NCBI RefSeq assembly: GCF_006345805.1
Contig: NC_043012.1
Location: 53,754,001-53,818,000, forward strand
Direction: 5' to 3'
From: Octopus sinensis
Taxonomy: Eukaryota
Length of the DNA: 64,000 bases
Shown here: piece by piece, positions 11,231-23,365 of the stretch
How the letters are laid out: each line of letters opens with the position of its first letter
Numbering within the stretch: the stretch's first letter is position 1
The notes under the pieces: model-generated
The model's input: the letters and a program-made list of their open reading frames with translations, nothing else
What the model was told of the DNA's origin: nothing
Databases searched by the model: none
Position numbers and translations under genes: made by a program

Positions 11231-11798
11231 CAAGAGATAGAGTTTAAGGAAAGCAGATTGAGCGTCATTCTTTATTTCATATCTCTACATTTGTTTTCAC
11301 ACATCTTCACACTCGTATTACATTGGTGCAATGATATAATCAACATATTCCCTAATCGCTACCATCCATTCAAGCTGTAAGATGTGTTTCTCCTGGTGAT
11401 TATTTTGAAAAATTACTTCGATAAATCCGAATGTTATTTCACTCTACACAGAATATGAAAACCCAAAGAAGTGTGCTATTTCCAACAACTTGCAGACAAC
11501 ACTAAGTCCCTAGATAAAATGGCGACAAACCGAAAGCATAACGAAAAAGCAAAAGGAAAAAAATAAAAAATAAACTCATATCCGGTTAACTCTAAAATAC
11601 AATTCTATCTTCACGGTCAGATTATTAGGAAGAAAAAGTTAAACGAAACAAGAATGAAATTAAGCGTTTAGAGATAATAATTTTATTAAATGATAAAGTT
11701 TGACCATTTCCTTGATTGTCCACTATCTTCTTGAAAGGGATACATATGTGTATATGTATATGTAAGCTGTATGCATGCATGCATGTAAGTAAACATGT

Positions 11799-12182
11799 AG
11801 GAGTGGCTGTGTGGTAAGTAGCTTGCTTACCAACCACATGGTATCGGATTCAGTCCTACTGCGTGGCACCTTGGGCAAGTGTCTTCTACTATAGCCTCGG
11901 GCCGACCAAAGATTTGTGAGTGGATTTTGTAGACGGCAACTGAAAGAAGCCCGTCGTATATATGTATTTATATGTGTGTATGTGTATCTGTTTGTGTTTG
12001 TCCCCCTAGCAACGCTTGACAACCGATGCTGGTGTGTTTACTTAGCGATTAGGGAAAAGAAACCGATAGAATAAGTACTAGACTTACAAAGAATAAGACC
12101 TGGGGTCGATTTGCTCGACTAAAGGCGGTGCTCCAGCATGGCCACAGTCAAATAACTGAAACAAGTAAAAGAGTAAAAGAGT
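11799..12182 (+). mobile_element. SINE family A, full length
   Basis: GGAGTGGCTGTGTGGTAAGTAGCTTGCTTACCAACCACATGG head through the GACTGAAACAAGTAAAAGAGTAAAAGAG tail. Confidence 0.93.
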
Positions 12183-12184
12183 AT

Positions 12185-12571
12185 GTATGTATGTTCTCTT
12201 TCTCTGTTTAATTTTAGAGTAAATTTTGACCGCCCTCCTACTTCGTAGCATGGGTGTGAAGCGAAGTATCTTCTTTTAACCATTATTCTTTTAAATCTTA
12301 AAATGGCCTTGCAAATTTTTATAGTCACCGACATCGTTATCATTGGTAGCGTATGAATTAAGGACTTGCATTTTCTCCCCAAGATCCCAAGTTCAGCCAT
12401 ACTTTGCCCTAGACGGATTCGTATGTATCCTATTGCGCCAGTAATAATAGATGTAAAGCTAAAAGCGTATTTTGGATGCTGGATTTTCAAACACCTTATC
12501 AATGATTCATAGATTTTCTCTTGAGCTGAAATTCCAAAAGAGAACATACCTTTCCTTTGTGGCCCACACAA
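12185..12571 (-). pseudogene. 3' end of a REL-endonuclease non-LTR retrotransposon (R4/NeSL/CRE-like)
   Basis: YESLIRCLKIQHPKYAFSFTSIITGAIGYI...ELGI...IKICKAILRF matches the K..Y..L...PI..GALG..LG..L...GT.KI pattern that ends REL domains. Confidence 0.7.
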
Positions 12572-12899
12572 CGTTATCTGGCCAGTTATATTTTAATTTG
12601 GTAATTGTTTTATGTATGTATATATGTATGTGTGCATGCATGTGTCATTGACTTGTACACAGGGGAATGTTCTGAGGGAGCTGACGATTCTGTCTCAATC
12701 CGGTGTTATACATTTCATGCAATCATTCAGGCGGCAAAGCCCAAGAATGAAAAAAAGTTGATTGAGAGATAATAAGGAACGCCGGTTAGATATCAGCTCA
12801 AACAGGAAAGAACACAAGAGTTCACATGAGAGAGGGAAAGTGAGAAAGACTAATGAAAGGAAAACTCTTTTGCCTTTTACCATTTACTTGTTTCAGTCA

Positions 12900-13084
12900 T
12901 TAGCTAGTGGCCATGGTGGGGCATCACCTTTTTGCCACACGAATCGAGCCCAGTTCTTATTTCACTTTTTAAGCCTGCGACTTATTATATCGGTCAATTT
13001 TGCCGAACCGGTAAGTTACGTGGACGTAAAGAAACCAACGCCAGTTGTAAAGAGGTAGTGGTGGGCAAGCACAGTCACAAACAC

Positions 13085-13142
<58 letters not shown>

Positions 13143-13145
13143 CAT
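12900..13145 (-). mobile_element. SINE family A, diverged 3' half plus (CA)n
   Basis: TTTTGCCGAACCGGTAAGTTACGTGGACGTAAAG is the reverse complement of the family A 3' domain. Confidence 0.75.
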
Positions 13146-13159
13146 ATGATAGATCGTTA

Positions 13160-13312
13160 GCCACTACACACATTTTTTCTCTCCTTGTTTTTTATGTGTA
13201 CCTTTCTGTAGAAGAGCGTAGGCTCGAAACGTAAAAGACTTTTTCTATTCCTGAGCGTTATACTAATACATCTGTTTGTTATGTACACCACCTGTTTTCG
13301 TAATCTTTCCCT
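13160..13312 (+). mobile_element. Penelope-like LTR remnant with degenerate hammerhead (13202-13237)
   Basis: CTTT-CTGTAGA-A-GAGC GTAG GCTC-GAAAC-GT-A-AAAG, bounded by (TA)n tracts; homologous to 56708-56920. Confidence 0.7.
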
Positions 13313-13607
13313 ATATATATATATATATATATATCAGAAGGATGTGTTATAATACTATTCCATAGCCATACCAACAATCCAACGTACCTCCAGCATCAGC
13401 TGCCTTACGGATATCATTATGGTTTCGACACCTGGGCAGTATCATTCAATCTGGCGATGTCAACAGCACTAAAATAAGTGTTGTTTAGGAACAGATCAAA
13501 GAACTACAACTTTTGAACACATTTACCCTAGGTACAACCGTATCGATAGATAAATTCACTAAATAAATTACAACCATTCCTGAATATGTAACCATACATC
13601 TTCTTTT

Positions 13608-13732
13608 CAGTTGCTCTCTACCAAATCCACTCGCTCGAAGTTATAGTAGAAAACCTCTGCCCAAGATGCCACGCAGTGAGACTGAACCCGGAAACGTGAT
13701 TGGGAAGCAAATGGCTTACCACACAGCCACGC
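13608..13732 (-). mobile_element. SINE family A head fragment
   Basis: CCAAGATGCCACGCAGTGAGACTGAACCCGG...CTTACCACACAGCCAC. Confidence 0.8.
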
Positions 13733-14488
13733 GAATTCGCTTGATTTTGCGTAACGCTAGAAAAATATAAATCACAAAACTTATAAATTTCAGATGAAAA
13801 TAAAATAAAAATTATTCTTGAATATGGGTTAGAGTCTCAGATTTATACAAACGCATTCGAAGATGTAGGCCGTCGGCTCTTTCGATTGCTCCTAAGACTA
13901 CAGATCCATAATTAGTGTAGTATATGTTAACGTCTTTCATGATCTCTTTCGAGCTATATAGAGTGAACATTTACTTACTGGAGATGAAAAGACGGTGTCT
14001 TAAATTTGTAGTGAGTAGATAGTGGTTGATTATTGGCTGATGGACACATTGTAAGCCAAGGTTTCCCGCCATTCGATTTCCCTTTTTCTCTCCATATGAC
14101 TGAGTGCGTGCATGCGAAGCAATGTAATTGGGCGTCTCGTGTTTGTATTAAAACTTTCGTCGGCGTTTTGTACCGATGCTGTTGTTCCCATGTGTGGAAT
14201 ATTATATGAATGTAATGCAATATCGCTAATCATCTTTGAAAGAAAAACAACAAAATAAACATTAACTAAATCCAAATAAATAAATAAATGGCCGCTCTCC
14301 GAAGTAATGGGTGTGTCAATTTACATGTGATAAATAAATCAGGGTAATGATATTAGTTAATGATTGAAATTTAATCATAGATAATCAACAGAAATTATAC
14401 ATCCTTAGAATTGAAAACTGACAAATGTTAACTCGAATCGATCGAATTAGGTTTCAAAACGCATGCTATTCTTGTTTTCCTAGATTTC

Positions 14489-14489
14489 T

Positions 14490-14530
<41 letters not shown>

Positions 14531-14585
14531 TACTACTGTTGCTGCTGCTACTGCTGCTGCTGATGATGATGATAATGCTACTAAC

Positions 14586-14619
<34 letters not shown>

Positions 14620-14632
14620 GTTGTTGTTGATA
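14489..14632. repeat. Compound trinucleotide microsatellite (ACT)n-(GCT)n-(GAT)n-(ATT)n-(GTT)n
   Basis: Direct reading. Confidence 0.95.
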
Positions 14633-14966
14633 TTGTCGTTGCTGTTATGTCGGCGGTGAGCGAGCAGAGTGGTCGGCACACCGCGCAAAATGCTTAGCTG
14701 TATTCATCTTTTCGTCCTGAATTCAAAGTAATATATTTTCAAACATTAAATAGCCTGCACTTCCTCAGCATTTGAAATTTGAATAAATGTTAAAAACAGA
14801 CGAAAAAATTACAGTCTTTGATATTCATTTTTTAAGAATATCAACCATATGGTTGACGCACACAAAAAACAAAAACAAGACAACCTAGCTGAAAAAAATA
14901 GGGTAAAAAATAATGATAATAAACGTAAAACGAATTAACATTTACATAAAATACGACTGAGAAAAC

Positions 14967-15013
<47 letters not shown>

Positions 15014-15516
15014 CAGATGTGTGTTTGTGTGTGTGAATGTATATTAGAAACATTTGTTTTACAGAGGTGTAAATCTACGTAAGTGTCTCAAGTCCGAGAC
15101 TATTTTTGTGCACTGCGTTTATTAACATAGATATGGTCCGTTGCTTTCTGCCTGCAATGAGTGATACTTTGTTTTATTGAAATATTGGTATAGAGACAAG
15201 AAAGAATAAAGTAAATGCGGGTAAAACAGTGTTGAAATATAAGAAAAAGATAACAAATCTTTGGAAGACGCAACGAACATTTTAGGAAAATAAAAATAAG
15301 AAATGAGTGGAAATTTTACCAGTGAGTGTGTTAAATTATAAGGCACAAAAAGAAAATGACTCTCCCCAGACACAACAGATAATAAATCAAAATACACGTA
15401 AGTTTTAGCCTCATCTACTTTCATAGGGCACATTGCAATCTTCTGATATATTGCTTCTAAAGTGTGAATTGAGTTCGTATAGCAGTTGAAGAATATTAAA
15501 AGGAAATAATCTTGCA

Positions 15517-15907
15517 ATTGAGAAGTAATGCTTATCGCCACTTCAATATGGCTGTTCTGTAGGAACCGGCGTTACAACCGCTTTAAACCCCAAGAAGGGG
15601 AGCCACCTCCAGCGGGTTAACGATGCAATCTGCACCTGATATATATTGCAAGCAAGGGAGTGAACGCTTACTATGGACGGATATCCACCACTGAGGATAG
15701 GCACAAATAGCTCAAAACCGTACGGTCTGGTGGTCCCGCCGTCAGCTAAAATATGGTAGGGGTTCGCTCCCCTGCTTGCAGTACATATCGGGTCCAAAGT
15801 GCATTGATAACCAACTGGATGAAAATCATCCTGGGGTTAAAAACGGTAGTAACGTCGGGTCCTTCGGAACAGCCATATTGAAGTGGCGATAAACATCACT
15901 TCTCAAT
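15517..15907. mobile_element. Inverted-repeat element with about 85-bp arms, probably a Penelope-type inverted LTR
   Basis: Left arm ATTGAGAAGTAATGCTTATCGCCACTTCAATATGGCTGTTCTG... pairs with right arm ...CGGAACAGCCATATTGAAGTGGCGATAAACATCACTTCTCAAT. Shares the TTATCGYCA..AATATGGCWGT motif with 30080-30437. Confidence 0.75.
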
Positions 15908-16275
15908 ATAGTTACTATATTCATCTCTTATAGAGATTTTCTAACTAATCATTTAACTATTTTTCTGAAATGACTGAATGGAGGAATCTGTGCTGGACAG
16001 TGCCTGAGAATGGGTACAGTGTGTGTGAATTTGTGAACAAATTAGTGTGAATGTATATCCGAGTAACTGAAATGATTGTTGAAGGTTGGTGTATATGTGT
16101 GTCCGTGTGTATAAGTGAAGAGTGACCTGCATATGTGCGTTTAAGAAGGAAGGGATGCAAATGTTCGAGTGAAGGCTTTGAGTGTGGAAGTGTATATGTT
16201 GGACGGTGTGATTTTTTGCTTGTGAAAAGTCTAATTTCGTGTCACTCTCTCTTTCTTTCTCTCTTTCTCTCTATG

Positions 16276-16318
<43 letters not shown>

Positions 16319-16830
16319 TCGTGTGGATACATGCTCATGTGGATACGAAAAGAAATAACAATTGGTGGGAAGACGTTGAAAAGAAATAAATAAAAGCTAT
16401 AAGGCACAAATGGGTGATTATGTATCCAGAAATTGGAGCGCGGACGTAGAAGTGCAGGCGAGATAAATTAAGGCTAAGAGTTTAAAACATGAGGGATGAA
16501 AGATTGTAGAAAGCGAGAGATGAGAGAAACATTGTTTGAAGCAAGCTGAAGACCGTGAAGCTGGGACGATGACAGAGAGGTCCTCGGGTCATAGGTTTTA
16601 TACCGGAGTGTCCTCCTAGACAGGCTACTGATCATGGCTAACGAGCCCCATCTACTCGGAACGGCCTGATTATACTGCACCAGACACCCACAGACGTCTT
16701 CCCTTATTGGTTTATGTCCACGTGGTACCACAAGGAGGCGAGGGTAGAACTTGGGGTTTGCGTCACTCGGTGCTCGTCCATACTAGCATCCGGTCACTAT
16801 GAGGATTCTATACATTACACACACACACGC

Positions 16831-16885
<55 letters not shown>

Positions 16886-17088
16886 CAGACAGACTTAGAA
16901 ATAATAATATTTATATATATATATATATTTAAATGGATGAATGGATTATCCTTTGTTTACCGTTAACATGGAAAATTCAATAAACAGTTACCAGGGTAGC
17001 AACATTCACGCAAGTAACATGGATGAAGCGACCTATTCAAAGGTAGAAACTCCGGGTTAATGTGCAGTAATTTGTGTATTATAAATAA

Positions 17089-17490
17089 ATAAATGGAGTT
17101 GAACAAAGATGTTATTAAAATTCTTTTACTTTCGACACATGTTTCGAAGACAACATGGTTTTATTCCTTTGAACATTTTTTCAACCAATGTATCCCTCTT
17201 TATTTGTTCTCTACTTATTATTTCTTTAATCCTTTTCTTCCTAGTATCTGCCTTTGATGTCAAATCTACTAACGGTTTTTTTTAATACTTAATAACGTTC
17301 TGTTTATCATTTAGGCAGTCATCGTAATTGTTATAATGTCTTGTTGTTGAGAGAGGCTCTCTCTCTTTCTTTCCTGATGAGAAGATTGCATTTTACACCG
17401 TTTATTCCTTTGGAATAAAACGATGTTGTCTTCGAAACATATGTCGAAAGTAAATGAATTTTAATAACATCTTCGTTCAACTCCATTTAT
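17089..17490. mobile_element. Penelope-like remnant: 79-bp inverted arms (17089-17167 and 17412-17490) with a hammerhead
   Basis: Arms ATAAATGGAGTTGAACAAAGATGTTATTAAAATTC... and its reverse complement; ends at a (TA)n tract. Confidence 0.8.
17369..17450 (+). ncRNA. Type I hammerhead ribozyme, intact core
   Basis: Stem I CTTTC(17369-73)/GAAAG(17446-50); core CTGATGA(17374-80); stem II GAAGA...TCTTC; GAAA(17434-37); stem III AC-ATAT-GT; GTC cleavage triplet ending at 17445. Confidence 0.8.
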
Positions 17491-17792
17491 ATATATATAT
17501 ATATATATATATTGTTATTACTTTATTGTTTTTTGTATTTATATTCGTGTGGCATCGTCCGTTTTCTGTCCTTGTTTCGTATACATTCGATCCTTTTTCC
17601 AAGAAATCTAATGCTTGTAGCTTAGTTTTTCCTTGGGGCTGGCCGGATCGGAGCGATCTCAAGATCAATCAGCCGAAATTGCGAGGATGATCCGGTTCTT
17701 GACTGAAGGTTGAAGGCTTCGAATGTCCCGTCCGTGTTTTTTGTAGTGTGTCTTCTAAATGTTTTACGTTCTTGTCCCAGTTTGTATTTTTC

Positions 17793-17835
<43 letters not shown>

Positions 17836-17865
17836 TATATATATGTATATATATATATATATATA

Positions 17866-18044
17866 TTAGTAGAAAGACCGCCCGGAGGGCTAGCCACTTG
17901 ATAATATTTTCTCATTGATATTTTCAGTCGCATATTTTTGGGGAAGTCCCATATGAATTGCAAAAGTCTAATGTGACATTTAAACCTGGAGTGCATGCGC
18001 GCGCGCGTGTGTGTGAGGGAGAGAGAGAGACAGACAAAGACAGT

Positions 18045-18083
<39 letters not shown>

Positions 18084-18290
18084 CGGGAGAGAGAGCATGC
18101 AAACAATGAAAGAAATAAACATGTAATGAAAAACTCGTATAAATAAATGCACGTTAAACACTATCTTGTACCGAATATTTAAATTTGTGAATTTGAAATA
18201 ATCAATAATATAAGGAAGTTCAGAAAGTAAATTTTCCTGGAAAGTTCAATTTATAAAAAAAAAGGTTACTTTTGTTTTAAAGTGGAAGAG
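17866..18290 (-). mobile_element. Non-autonomous Helitron-like element (3' end at about 17866)
   Basis: TAGTAGAAAGACCGCCC matches the 3' hairpin end at 19948. The internal block AAACTATCTTGTACCGAA...TTGAAATA is repeated at 18781. Confidence 0.55.
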
Positions 18291-18823
18291 AGGAGAAAGT
18301 CAAAGGTGTATGATGTACGTGTGTGTGAAATGAACATGTATGTGTGTGTTTGAGACAGAGAGAGAGAGAGAGAGAGTGAAGGGATGTGTTGTCATGTATA
18401 CGTACATAAATAAATATGCATCCACTTTTTTGTATGTATGTGTGTGCGTGAGAGAGAGAAAGTGCCACTGACTCACACATACACACACGCACACATACAT
18501 ACAAAAAAGATGTACGCATATGTATTTATGTATGTAATACATGCCAACACACCCATTCACTCTCTCTCTCTCTTTCTTGCTCTCTCTCTCTCTCTCTCTC
18601 TTGCTCTCACTCACACACACACACACACATGCATGGATGTATACAAACGAATATACAAAAACACACGTGTGCATGTGTGACTGACTACAAATACATAGAC
18701 CTGGGCACGCGGCGCAAAAAGTAAAAAAATTATTTTTTACGGAAATTAACGAAGTGTGCGGATTCAAGCGAAAGAATGCCAAACTATCTTGTACCGAAAA
18801 TTAAAATTTGTAAACTTGAAATA

Positions 18824-19219
18824 TCTTTATATATAAAAGTAAGGTTGTGTGCTGTCTGTCTTCTACGATTTAGATTCCTAACTACTCCCACATTTTGCGG
18901 TGCAGTTTAACCAAAACCGGGTATCTTATAGTCGTGATGCATATGGAGCCCTTCTGGGTATTAGCGCGCGCCTACGATGAGTCTACGACTTAAAAAAAAA
19001 TTACCATCAATTTTTTCCATTTTTTAATGCATTTTTGGCATATATAAGGGAAGTGACTCTCTAAAAATTTATTAAATCTCAGAACGTAAAAAGCTACAGT
19101 AACACCCCCCCCCCTTTGTGGTTAGCCATATTGAGATGGCTATTATACTTTACATCTCTAAAAATGCTTATATAGTTATTTCCCTTACAAACCCGAGCAA
19201 CGCCGGGCGATACTGCTAG
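18824..19219 (+). mobile_element. Non-autonomous Helitron, complete
   Basis: Starts TC(TTTATATATAAAA) after an A; ends CTAG before a T; subterminal hairpin CCCGAGCAACGCCGGG; no TSD. The flanks rejoin to match the empty site at 18180-18260. Confidence 0.85.
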
Positions 19220-19947
19220 TTCAATTATAAAATGAAGTTCAGAAAACAAAATTTCCTGAAAACTTCAATTTAAAAAAAATCTCACTTGTTTAGTTAATAT
19301 TTCTTTCGGTAATTTATCGTAGTTGTTATATATCTGTCACTTAAAGAAATTTCAAGGTAACTGGAGCGCGTTTAGCGTGCTAGAAATAGCAGCGATCACA
19401 TAGTTATTATTGTAAGGCTTATAGCGTTCCAGACTGTCATACCTACAAAATCACTTCATAATGCTTTTTAAAAAAAATTATACCGATATACTACATCATG
19501 AAAGCCTCAAAGTTATACAGCTATTTTGTCTAATAAGCAATCATTCTATCAATAATTCTTTTCCATTACGTATATAGAATAAGCTGTCGGTTTTGCGAAT
19601 TAAGACTTGAAATGAAAACATTGAAATGAGTATATATGAAATTATCATTAATGAAAATAGAGGTGGGAGAGAGTGAGAGACAGTTGCGAATGAAAACAGA
19701 ATATTTTGCCTGCAACGAATTTATATTGTTTATTAAATCTACTCCGCAGTGACTGCAACGAATCTGTAAATTTGTGAAAAACTTGAGGCTCAAATAACCA
19801 ATAAACTCCAGAAATCGAAATTACAGGAAATTTCTTGGAATATGAATTTATAAAAAAAAATTCCAGATAGCCAAGCCTTTAATAATTGCTTTCTTTTAGT
19901 AACTGTTACATACCTAATTAATAAGCAGCTTTCTCGATTATAATATA

Positions 19948-20277
19948 CTAGCAGAAAGACCGCCCGCCGGGCGGCTTTCTGCTAGCGTTTTGATAATATT
20001 TTGATGTTTGATTCCCGTTTTCTAATAATTTTTATATTTTACATCTAATTATTTCTTTGTATAATATTGCTTTCATTATTTTATCACAGTCATAATCTCT
20101 CTTTCTTCAACAAACATCACGGCAGTCCAACAACAGAGGGAGGAGCAATTTGTTAAGTTTTACGTTCCCCTCAATGTAACATTGAGACTTCAATTCTGCA
20201 GCCCATCTGTAAGCTTTGCAGTGTATGAGTGTGTGTGTGTGCGTACGTGTGTGTGTCTGTGTGTGTATGTGTGTGGA

Positions 20278-20319
<42 letters not shown>

Positions 20320-20640
20320 ACATTGAAAACAGTCAATGAAATAAACAGGAAATGAAACAATTGTATAATTAAGAGGGCATTACTACAGATGTATATGCTC
20401 CCAAATTTGTTGCCTCATAACATCCAGAAAATGGATATTTTTTGACAAAATTTTCTACAAATACCGCTTAGATGTTCTGGCTTCAGAGTATATAAGGATT
20501 TATGGGAAAGAAATATTGCGAGAGGGTGGAGAGAAGAGTTTCAGAAAACTTACATGATCTGACTATTTTCCCTCATAAATTTCAGGAAGACTGGTATCTT
20601 TTAATGAAAATTTATACAAATCCCGTTCAAACGCACAACA
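19948..20640 (-). mobile_element. Non-autonomous Helitron-like element, 3' end at 19948 (5' limit uncertain)
   Basis: Minus strand ends hairpin CCGCCCGGCGGGCGG-TCTTTCTG-CTAG followed by T. Body shares motifs with 17866-18290. Confidence 0.6.
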
Positions 20641-20936
20641 CAACAGCGAATGCGCACACTGACAACAAATAACTCATACGCAGTGGGAAGTAAGCAAGCT
20701 ACTTACCACACAGCTACTCCTGCATATAAATATATTTATATAAATATTTGTAGTCAACGTTCTAGACTCGTTCCTTCAAAATTTGTCTCTTGAGATTTAT
20801 GCTATGTTCCTGTTCATAATTCTTTTTCTAATCACATTCACAGCTTATTTTATTATTCTCTGGACCATAGTGCTTTAATTGAATATGAGTCTGATACTTA
20901 AATACGCAATAAATATACAATAACCATTTCCAACAG

Positions 20937-21070
20937 TAAAATCCAGTATCAAGCAGCTGAAAGATCACAATAGAAACATATTACAATGGACTGAAAACAA
21001 TTTCAAATTTAACCAGACAGAGTATAGCGAAACATCAATAGACACCTATCGGTTTGAAGCAATCACGAAG
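20937..21070 (+). CDS. Candidate internal exon (xKSSIKQLKDHNRNILQWTENNFKFNQTEYSETSIDTYRFEAITK)
   Basis: CCATTTCCAACAG acceptor, 44 open codons bounded by stops just outside both junctions, and a weak AAG/GTCTAG donor. Confidence 0.3.
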
Positions 21071-21529
21071 GTCTAGTTTAGCACCATTAATCCTTGGAAG
21101 TTCGGTAAATTATTCGCTTGTATTTCACAGATTTGATGCCGTAATCAAAGCAAAACTTTTACCTATTGAACACTATTGTAACCTAAAAATCCTGAACTAA
21201 CAAGATTTTGTTTCGTGCGTGGATTTATATACACCAGTAGTAGCAGTATGGCCGAATGATTGAAATGATTAATTCATAACCATAATTTCCCAGGTACGAT
21301 CCTATTGTGTGGCATCTTAGGTAAATGTCACTCGCTACAGCCTCGTGTCTCTCCATATCGAGTGAGTGAAATTGGGTAGTTGAAAACTACATAGAAGCCC
21401 CTCAGGTGGATTGTAGCTACAATATAAAATTTGTAGCATTATCACACAGCGTGTGACTCTGGTTCTACCTGCTGATTACTCAATGGTGCACGTGTCAGGG
21501 GAAGACTCAGCTACATAGGCCTTAATTCA

Positions 21530-21826
21530 GTTGTTGTTGTTTGTTCCTTCTCGAGCCATGCCTGGCTCATAAGGGCCGGTTTCCCAGTTTCCTCGGCGTA
21601 TAGGTTCCCCACCTGGACGGGACGCCGGTCCGTCGCAGGTGAGCTGCAAGATGCAGGAGAAAGTTGTGGCGAAAGAGTCAGCAGAAGTTCGCCATTACCT
21701 TCTGCCGGAGCCGCGTGGAGCTTAGGTGTTTCGCTCATAAACACACACATCGTCCAGTCTGAGATTCGAACCCCCGATCTCTCGACCGCGAATCCGCTGC
21801 TCTATCCATTAGACCATGTGCCTCCA
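21530..21826 (-). mobile_element. SINE family C, full length
   Basis: (AAC)n tail; TSD GGCCTTA(A/G)TTCA at 21518-21529 and 21827-21838. Confidence 0.93.
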
Positions 21827-23084
21827 GGCCTTAGTTCAAGAGCAAGTAATTCAATTAACACAAAAGTTAAATGCTCATAGCCAAATAACTGAGTTCCACC
21901 ACTTATAACATACACAACTGATTTACGCTTCATATACATATCCTTCAGTGTATTTAAATCTTACAATCGTATTTAGCCGCAGAACAATATCAATTTTAGT
22001 GCAACATGAGTGAAAGGAGAATAAAATATATTTTGACGATGATGACAGAAATAACTAGTGAACAAGATATGGGCATAAAGCCAGATCTTACAACTATATA
22101 TGGAAGTGTTCGGAATTATTGACGCTAGAGTATACACACATATATGCATGTGTGTGTGTGTGGGTGGGTGTGTGTGTATGTGCATGTGTACATATATACA
22201 TACACACACACATACATATATGTATATTTTTGTGTGCGCGTATATATATATATAATATATATATATATATTATATATGTATACTTCATATGCGGGAAATT
22301 CTGTCAGTGGGTGTGTTAATTAATTCCTCCAACATCGTTTTATCGATTTTCATGAAACTTGACACGTGAGTAGAACACATGTCTGGCAATCCCATTACAT
22401 AGTCAGATTGTTGAAGACATCGATAATAGGGCCCCTGGAAGAGATCTTTATATATATCTAATATATTTTATTCTTAGTATTTGAACTGTTAGAGTTATTT
22501 TCGCAATTTATCCAGTTCAACCCTTAAGCAAGTAAATAGTATTTTTGTAAACAATAGATCTACTTATTTCGGTTAGTGACTTATTCACTTATATACCAAC
22601 ACTAGCGCTCCTGAGGGTAACATTCTCTGGGAACGCACAAAAGCTCTTTTCAGAGTTATTTACTTTGAATTATTATTACATCATATCTGATTAGCCTGTT
22701 ATTTCGTAACATGCTTCACGACTTTTGTATACATACCTTATTAGTATTTCCTCCTAAGTTCCATATACTCTGGGAACGCATTAAAGCCCTTTACTTTATT
22801 TGAATTCTTACTACATGGTAACTAATTTCATGTTACTATATAACTGACTTCACAGTTTTGGTTTTCATAACTTATTGGGAATTCTTAAAAACAAGAAATT
22901 GTGTAATACTAACGATTTTGCTAGCACGCCGGCTTTTCCTTGTAAAATACTAATGGGTATATACTCTATCATAAGTATTGAGTTATCCTTCAGTGTAATG
23001 TTAAATTGTTTCCATATACAACTAGACGTAAAATCAAACATTGATATTTATACACACATCGTTCTGTATCTCTGAAATGTTTCC

Positions 23085-23365
23085 TATTTCTTTATTACCC
23101 ACAACGAGCTAAACATACAGGGGACAAACAAGGACAGACAAAGGGATTAAGTCGATTACATCCACCCCAGTGCATAACTGGTACTTAATTTATCGACCTC
23201 GAAAGGATGAAAGGCAAAGTCGACCTCGGCGGAATTTGAACTCAGAACGTAATAGCAGACGAAATACAGCTAAGTATTTCGTCCGGCCTGCTACCGTTCC
23301 TTATTTCTTTATTGCCCACAAGGGGCTAAACATAGAGGGGACAAAGAAGGACAGACAAAGAGATT
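23085..23365 (-). mobile_element. SINE family B2 copy with a second B2 tail joined at its A-box (junction 23300/23301)
   Basis: Tail-body-head ending CTACCGTTCC, followed immediately by TTATTTCTTTATTGCCCACAAGGGGC. Confidence 0.85.

Noticed and set aside
14425-14697. ORF with poly-T/L/M/I/V runs resembling a membrane protein
   Set aside because: Compound trinucleotide microsatellite.
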